A stretch of DNA of 64,000 nt from Vicinamibacteria bacterium (GTDB taxonomy: Bacteria > Acidobacteriota > Vicinamibacteria > Marinacidobacterales > Marinacidobacteraceae): positions 1,184,001-1,248,000 of the forward strand of contig OZ219816.1 of the NCBI GenBank assembly GCA_964291235.2. Reading direction: 5' to 3'. The notes under the pieces were generated by a model that had not been told where the DNA came from, searched no databases, and saw only the letters and a program-made list of their open reading frames with translations. Shown here one piece after another: positions 58,182 to 64,000 of the stretch (the stretch's first letter is position 1; every line of letters starts with the position of its first letter). The translations under genes were made by a program, and so were the position numbers.

Positions 58182-59927
58182 TCACTCTTGCGAAACGGCG
58201 ACCCCCGTGCCGGCACGAACCGGATCCACCCCCGGCTCGAACCGCGTTTCTTCCCCGGCCGAACCGCGGAGGATGCCGCTCGCGCGCCCAAAGTGCCCGC
58301 TCAACGCGGTCTCCCGCCGCACCAGCACTTCGTGCCCGCGCGCTTCGAGGCCGTGGGCGATGGCCCGGCAATCGGACGTCCGCTCATCGAGCGTGAGAGG
58401 TCCGAGGTCGGCGTGGAAGCCGGGGCCACCCACCGCGTCCTGAACCGACACGTCCCGATCCACCAGCCGGGCGACTCCCAGCGCGGCGGCGGAAATGAGG
58501 CGCCGCCCGCCGGGCGATCCCACCGCGGCCCAGGGGAACGCGCCGCGGGAGAGGATTGCGGGCGCCCCGGCGTGGAGCGCCCGGCGTCCGGGCGCCGGGG
58601 AGATCAGCCGCCCCGGACGCGGGTCGAACCACATCATTCCGTTGTTGAGCGGATAGCCGAGCCCGGGGGCCGCGAAGGCCGAGCCGAAACGGCCGCCGAG
58701 GGTCGCCGTGAGGGATACCGCCATCCCCCCGGAATCCATCGCGTTGACATGGGTCGTGCAGTCTCCCGTCGGGCCACCCGCAGGCGGCGACCGGAAGCGC
58801 TTCTCCGCCCCCGGGGGGAGCGGCCGGGCCAGGGTCTCGATCCGGGGGCCGTCGGGTGACATCCCGTCGCGCCGGGCCCGGAGATAGCCGGGATCGAGGA
58901 GATCGGCAGACGCTACGGGAGCGACGTCCGGGTCTCCCAGGTAGCTGAACCGATCCGCGAACGCCAGCCGCAGCGACTCCGCCACCAGGTGGAGGAAGGT
59001 GACTTCCGCCTCGGCTGCACCGCTGTCCGGATCCACGGGGGGAAAGGCGTCCAGGTGCAGGAGGGCGGCGGCGAGGGTGGGTCCTCCCGAATTCGCGGGC
59101 AGGGTGGCCACCGTGCAATCCCGAAACCGGAACCGCAAGGGTGCGACCTCGCGCACCGCCGCCGCTTCAAAGTCGCATTCGGAGAGGATGCCCCCGGCGT
59201 CGTTCACGGTCTCGAGGAGTCGGTGCGCGATCGGCCCCCGGTAAAACGGCTCGGGCCCCTCGCCCGCCAGCAGCCGCAAGGATCCGGCGAGGTCGGGATT
59301 CCGCAGCCGATCTTCCTCGCCCCCCGGAACGAAAGGAACGCCGTCCCCCCGCGTATACAGGGCGAACGCTGCCGGTGAGAGCCGAAGCCGCCGGTAGCCG
59401 GCGGCCGCGTGAACAGCAAACACCCAGTCGGGCAAAAACCCATCCTCGGCCAGCGCGACTGCCGGTTCCACCACCGCCTCGAACGAGAGGCGGCCGAAAC
59501 GGCGGTGCAGTTCGAAGAGGACGGCCGGAGCGGTGGGAACGAGCACACTGAGCGCTCCGGTCTCGGCGCGGTCTCCCCTGGTCGGAGGAAACCCGTAGAG
59601 TCCGCCTCCGACTCCCGTCAGGGGCTCGAACATTTCCTCGTGAGCGCGCGCCGGGCAACGGGCACTGCCGTCGAGCGCCACCGTGGCGCCGCTCGCCGCG
59701 TCGTGGATCACGCCGTAGGCCGTTCCGCCGAGGCCGTTCATGGCCGGCTCGACCACCCCGGCGGCGAGCAACGCCGCGACCGCCGCGTCGGCGGCGTTTC
59801 CTCCCGCGGCGAGGATCTGGCCACCCGCACGGGCAGCGCCCGAAGTCATCGCGGTCACGGCGCCGCGGTTCCCGGACACCCGGGAACGGCCGGGCAGGGG
59901 AACCTGTTCGATGAGCGAGGTCGTCAT
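58182..59927 (-). CDS. ggt: Gamma-glutamyltransferase family protein
   Basis: GGNAADAAVA, EP..NGLGG, LAFADR..YLGDP, CTTH (Thr nucleophile), LNNGM and GSPGG. Confidence 0.9.
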   Translation of the reverse strand: MTTSLIEQVPLPGRSRVSGNRGAVTAMTSGAARAGGQILAAGGNAADAAVAALLAAGVVEPAMNGLGGTAYGVIHDAASGATVALDGSARCPARAHEEMFEPLTGVGGGLYGFPPTRGDRAETGALSVLVPTAPAVLFELHRRFGRLSFEAVVEPAVALAEDGFLPDWVFAVHAAAGYRRLRLSPAAFALYTRGDGVPFVPGGEEDRLRNPDLAGSLRLLAGEGPEPFYRGPIAHRLLETVNDAGGILSECDFEAAAVREVAPLRFRFRDCTVATLPANSGGPTLAAALLHLDAFPPVDPDSGAAEAEVTFLHLVAESLRLAFADRFSYLGDPDVAPVASADLLDPGYLRARRDGMSPDGPRIETLARPLPPGAEKRFRSPPAGGPTGDCTTHVNAMDSGGMAVSLTATLGGRFGSAFAAPGLGYPLNNGMMWFDPRPGRLISPAPGRRALHAGAPAILSRGAFPWAAVGSPGGRRLISAAALGVARLVDRDVSVQDAVGGPGFHADLGPLTLDERTSDCRAIAHGLEARGHEVLVRRETALSGHFGRASGILRGSAGEETRFEPGVDPVRAGTGVAVSQE

Positions 59928-59933
59928 CCGGCG

Positions 59934-60914
59934 TCAGTCGGCGAGCAGCGAGGGGTCCGCGTTCCCCCCACAGAGGGGAGTGAGGATGTCGCGGCGACGA
60001 AACCGCTCCGGATGCTCGAGGAGTGCGGCTACGCCCGCGGCGCCGGCGGGTTCCACCACCAGCCCGAGCGTCCGGTGCAGCAGACGCACGGCCTCCCGAA
60101 GGGCGGACTCGCTGACTTCCACCACCTCGTCCACCACCTGGCGCATGACCGGAACCGCCTCCGGGACCGGCACCCGCACGGCGATGCCGTCGGCGATGGT
60201 CGCCGGGGCAGTTCCGGCTGGAGACGGGTCTCCCGAGAGGAAGGCCCGCCGCATGACCGGCGCTTCCCGCGCGACCACGCCGACCACGGCCATCTCCGGG
60301 GCGGCGTGACGGATCCAGAGTCCCATGCCACCGATAAGGGCGCCGTTCCCGACCGGGATGACGACGGTGTCGGCGGAGACCCCGGCCTCCAGGCACTCGA
60401 GCGCGATGGTCCCGGCGCCCTCGGTGATTTCAGGTTCCCGGCCGTCTTCCACGAACTCAGCGCCGCTCTCCTCGGCGTAGGCAAGAGCCGCTTCCTTCGC
60501 CGCGTCGAAGTCGTCGCCGGCGAGGCGTACGTCGGCGCCGAGATCACGCATCGCCCGGACCTTGTCGGGATTGGCATGGAGCGACGAGAACACCGTGAGG
60601 GGAAGTCCCTGGCGGCGGGCGGCCCACGCCAGGCCCTGTCCGAAATTCCCGGCCGAGCCGGTGACCCACCCCGGGCTCCCCGCCGGAAGAGCGCGGAGAC
60701 GCCGGACCGCTTCCGGCCCTCGCCGGGCGCCGAACCAGCAGGCGCCGCGGGCCTTGAAGCTGCGAATCGGGTTGACGCACTCCACTTTCACGCTGACGCG
60801 GCAGCCGGTGGCGGCGCCGAGGGGGTCCGATCGAAACATCGGCGTATCCCGGAACTCCCGGGGGATGGCGGCGCCGGCGGCTTCGATGCCTTGCGGCGTA
60901 GGTTCTGACGGCAC
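59934..60914 (-). CDS. PLP-dependent threonine/serine dehydratase family protein
   Basis: KVECVNPIRSFKARGA, SAGNFGQG, PVGNGALIGG, TIADGI and EPAGAAG. Confidence 0.9.
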   Translation of the reverse strand: MPSEPTPQGIEAAGAAIPREFRDTPMFRSDPLGAATGCRVSVKVECVNPIRSFKARGACWFGARRGPEAVRRLRALPAGSPGWVTGSAGNFGQGLAWAARRQGLPLTVFSSLHANPDKVRAMRDLGADVRLAGDDFDAAKEAALAYAEESGAEFVEDGREPEITEGAGTIALECLEAGVSADTVVIPVGNGALIGGMGLWIRHAAPEMAVVGVVAREAPVMRRAFLSGDPSPAGTAPATIADGIAVRVPVPEAVPVMRQVVDEVVEVSESALREAVRLLHRTLGLVVEPAGAAGVAALLEHPERFRRRDILTPLCGGNADPSLLAD

Positions 60915-61035
60915 GGCCGGGATGGTAAGGCGCGCGTCTGCCCGGCGGCGGTCGAATACACTTTCGGACCCGTTTGGACCGCCGCTCCCGCGCTGCCGGG
61001 AGGGGCGAAAACGAGCAGCGGGTGAGGAAAATCCG

Positions 61036-62172
61036 ATGAAGAAGAAAGCCCAGTGGACCGGCCGCAATATCAGCCGCCGGCAGTTCGTCCAGGCCGGCGC
61101 CGCGGGCGCCGCCGCTCTCGGCGCGGCCGCCAGCGCGGCGCCGGCGGTGCAATCGTCGGGGCCGAGGCCGGTGGTAATCGCCTCGGGGAACGGGAACCGC
61201 TACAAGAACGGCGGTGACGAGGTCGTCGTCGAACGTGCGTTCCGGATGATGACCGGGGGAAAGGACATCCTCGAGAGCCTGATCGAGGGGGTGAAGATCA
61301 CGGAACTCGATCCCGAGGATGCGAGCGTCGGCTACGGGGGCCGGCCGAACGCGGACGGCGTCGTCCAACTCGATTCATGCTGCATGCACGGACCGAATCG
61401 GCGTGCCGGCGCAGTCGCCGGAATCGAAGGGGTGCGGACTCCGGCATCCGTGGCCTACCAGGTTCTCCAGGTAACGGACCACCACCTGCTCGTGGGGAAG
61501 GGGGCCCAGGGATTCGCCCGCAACATGGGCTTCGAAATCGAGGACGACCTGAACACCCCGCGTTCCCGGGAAATGTGGCTCGAATGGAAGCGGCGGATTG
61601 ATCCCGGACACTACCTCGATCCGAAGAAACGCGCCGAGGCCGGACACGCCGCCGGGCTCTCCATGGTCCGTGACGGACTCATGGACGAAGAGGAGTACTA
61701 CGGCACCATCAACTGCGACGGGCTGAACGCGAACGGCGACCTCGCCGGAGTGACCACCACCAGCGGATTGGCGTGGAAGATCCCGGGGCGCGTCGGCGAT
61801 TCGCCCATCCTGGGCGCCGGGCTCTACGTGGACAATGCGGTGGGCGCGGCGGGCTCCACGGGCCGGGGCGAGGCCAATCTCTACGGCCTCTGCTCCTTCC
61901 TGATCGTGGACGAGATGCGGCGCGGCGCCCACCCCAAGGACGCCGCGATGACCGCGCTCTCGCGCGTCAAGGACAACACGGTAGAGAAGCGGCTCCTGAA
62001 CAGCCGGGGGCTGCCGAACTTCGGGCTGTCGTTCTACGTAGTCAACAAGGCCGGCGAACATGCCGGCGTCTCGATGTACACGAGCGCACGTTCGACCTAC
62101 GCGGTCTGCGACGAGAACGGCCCGCAGTCGGTTTCCATGGAGCCTTTCCTCGAGGGCAGCGCGTCGGACTGA
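61036..62172 (+). CDS. Tat-exported N(4)-(beta-N-acetylglucosaminyl)-L-asparaginase (Ntn hydrolase)
   Basis: SRRQFV twin-arginine motif; SVGYGGRPN, GTI nucleophile, TTTSGLAWKIPGRVGDSPILGAG, STGRGE. Confidence 0.9.
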   Translation: MKKKAQWTGRNISRRQFVQAGAAGAAALGAAASAAPAVQSSGPRPVVIASGNGNRYKNGGDEVVVERAFRMMTGGKDILESLIEGVKITELDPEDASVGYGGRPNADGVVQLDSCCMHGPNRRAGAVAGIEGVRTPASVAYQVLQVTDHHLLVGKGAQGFARNMGFEIEDDLNTPRSREMWLEWKRRIDPGHYLDPKKRAEAGHAAGLSMVRDGLMDEEEYYGTINCDGLNANGDLAGVTTTSGLAWKIPGRVGDSPILGAGLYVDNAVGAAGSTGRGEANLYGLCSFLIVDEMRRGAHPKDAAMTALSRVKDNTVEKRLLNSRGLPNFGLSFYVVNKAGEHAGVSMYTSARSTYAVCDENGPQSVSMEPFLEGSASD

Positions 62173-62199
62173 GACGCCTCGGGAGTCGGGAACCGCCGT

Positions 62200-62565
62200 A
62201 TGCCGTGGAACGCCGAAGGCGTGCGGCCCCGCACTTCGTGCCGCGCCCTGTTGTGGTTGGCCCTCCTCGTCACGATTCCGGCCGGCGCCGCGTGGGGACA
62301 GGAGGAAACCGAAGAGAAGAAGAACCCCCGTCCACCCACGATTTTCGACTTCGGCCACCAGGTGGACGATCCCAGGACACTCCTGTCACCGAAACAGGAC
62401 CTGGAGGACCGTTGGCGGCGTATCTGGCGTCAGACCGGTACGCGCTATCACCTCTATCCGACGCAAAAGGCGGGGCGGGACAACTGGCCGCCGCTCGGCA
62501 TGTACGCGGGGGGCTGGAACTACAGCGTTTGGCGCGATCCGGTCACCGGCTGGCCGGAATTCTGA
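62200..62565 (+). CDS. Small secreted Trp/Tyr-rich hypothetical protein
   Basis: Signal-peptide-like N-terminus (LLWLALLVTIPAGAAWG); fills the gap between two + strand genes. Confidence 0.55.
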   Translation: MPWNAEGVRPRTSCRALLWLALLVTIPAGAAWGQEETEEKKNPRPPTIFDFGHQVDDPRTLLSPKQDLEDRWRRIWRQTGTRYHLYPTQKAGRDNWPPLGMYAGGWNYSVWRDPVTGWPEF

Positions 62566-62606
62566 AGCCGCACCGGGACTCCTCAAGCAACGACGATGGA
62601 CAACCC

Positions 62607-63914
62607 GTGCGGATCCTGAGTTTCACCGCCGGAGCGGGCGAGATGCTCTGTGGGAGCTGCATCCGGGACAACGCGCTGGCGCGGTCCCTTGCCGGCCGCG
62701 GACACGATGTCCACCTCGTTCCGTTGTACCAGCGCAGCCGCACCGACGAAACGAGCGTTTCGGAAACCCAGGTGCGCTTCGGCGGGCTCTCGGTGTTCCT
62801 GCAGCACGCGGCCCCGCTCTTCGGAGCGCTCCCCGGACTCGACCGGATTCTCGATTCACCGGCGCTGCTCGGCCTCGTCGAGCGGTTTTCCTCGTCCACC
62901 GACCCGACCAAACTCGGGCCGCTCACCGTCACCACGCTGGAAGGGGTCCAGGGACCGGCCCGGCGCGCGGTCGAGGCTCTCGCGGAGTCCGTCCGGGATG
63001 CCGGACCCGACGTGGTGGTGCTGCCCAACTCGCTGCTGCTCGGTCTCGCCGCTCCGCTTGCCGCGGCCACCGGAGCCCCGGTCGTCGTTACCTTCTCCGG
63101 AGAGGATCTGTTCCTGTCACGGCTGCCCTCCGGTGACCGCCAGCGGGCTCTCGACCTGATGCGGGACGCCGCGGGAGCCGCGGATCATTTCGTAGGCGTT
63201 ACCGAGCATCACGCCCGCGGAATGGCGGACACGCTGGGCATCCCGGATGACCGGGTGTCCTTCGTGCGGTTGGGAGTGGATCCCGACGGATATCCGGCGG
63301 CGCCGAAGGACGGGCTGACCGTCGGCGCCGGCGATGAAGCGCGGCCGGTGACGATCGGCTTCTTCTCCCGGATCGCTCCGGAGAAGGGACTCGATCGGCT
63401 GGCCCGGGCCGTGCTCCAACTGGCCGCCCAACCGGAAGCGCCGCCGCTCCGGGTCCGGGCGGCCGGCTGGATGAGCCGCGGGAGCAAGGGGTATCTGGAG
63501 GGAGTACGCCGCCTGTTCGCCGCAAGCAAATCCGGCGTCTCCTTCGAGTACGTCGGCGAACTGGATCACGCCGGGAAGATCGCCTTCCTGCGAGGGGCCG
63601 ACGTCATCGGCGTCCCCGCGACGTTCCCCGAACCGAAGGGGATCCCGGCGATCGAGGCAATGATGGCGGGCACCCCCGTCGTGGTCCCGCAGCAAGGGGC
63701 GTATCCGGCCTTGCTGGATCGGGCTGAAGGCGGCGTCCTCGCGAAGAGCAGCGAGCCCGCGGACTTCGCCGCGGCGCTCTCGCGGCTTGTGCTGCACCCG
63801 GAGCGGAGGAGAAGCGTTGGGGCACGCGGGTTCCAGCGCGTGAGGGAAGAGCACTCGGTCGACCGGATGGCCGAAGATGCCGAAGCGGCGTTCGCACGTG
63901 TGATCGCCGCCTGA
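62607..63914 (+). CDS. Glycosyltransferase family 4 protein
   Basis: GT-B motifs IGFFSRIAPEKG and EPKGIPAIEAMMAGTPVV; N-terminal TAGAGEMLCGSCIRDN; GTG start at 62607. Confidence 0.88.
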   Translation: MRILSFTAGAGEMLCGSCIRDNALARSLAGRGHDVHLVPLYQRSRTDETSVSETQVRFGGLSVFLQHAAPLFGALPGLDRILDSPALLGLVERFSSSTDPTKLGPLTVTTLEGVQGPARRAVEALAESVRDAGPDVVVLPNSLLLGLAAPLAAATGAPVVVTFSGEDLFLSRLPSGDRQRALDLMRDAAGAADHFVGVTEHHARGMADTLGIPDDRVSFVRLGVDPDGYPAAPKDGLTVGAGDEARPVTIGFFSRIAPEKGLDRLARAVLQLAAQPEAPPLRVRAAGWMSRGSKGYLEGVRRLFAASKSGVSFEYVGELDHAGKIAFLRGADVIGVPATFPEPKGIPAIEAMMAGTPVVVPQQGAYPALLDRAEGGVLAKSSEPADFAAALSRLVLHPERRRSVGARGFQRVREEHSVDRMAEDAEAAFARVIAA

Positions 63915-63936
63915 CACCGGTTCAGGAAACCAGACG

Positions 63937-64000
63937 ATGGAAACGCAATCGCCAGACTCCGCAGCCGCCGTGGCGGCGCGCCATGACCTCGACGAGCACG
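63937..64000 (+). CDS. Start of an unidentified ORF (truncated by window end)
   Basis: AGGAAA RBS followed by ATG 63937: METQSPDSAAAVAARHDLDEH... Confidence 0.5.
   Translation, partial: METQSPDSAAAVAARHDLDEH

Overview
GC-rich bacterial chromosomal window of about 50 CDS. The gene set suggests Acidobacteriota, possibly a host-associated (sponge-type) lineage; this is inference from an acidobacterial-type VWA protein, BshC, a DUF4159/MoxR operon and spondin lipoproteins. Most of it is housekeeping or envelope genes: tatA/tatC, an S41 protease, msrA, metH, bshC, lepB, argS, a yitJ-like gene, hflKC and ggt. A 15.6-kb MoxR/VWA/DUF58/BatA/DUF4159 operon of unknown function occupies 30086-45675. 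The most striking signal is non-coding. An intact IS110-family recombinase element (52562-54101) has a left end that reads as a bridge RNA. Its two guide loops match this element's own target (GAGCCC-CC-ACCG) and donor junction (GGAAAGT-CC-TATA), and a -35/-10 promoter with 17-bp spacing forms only on circularisation. The target lies inside an ~18-bp cassette (CCCCACCGGGAGAACTGG). The same cassette recurs as an insertion in a separate MITE family elsewhere in the window and in a REP-like 121-bp repeat, giving a three-level nesting of repeat, micro-cassette and RNA-guided IS. All calls are by eye from motifs; no database searches were run.
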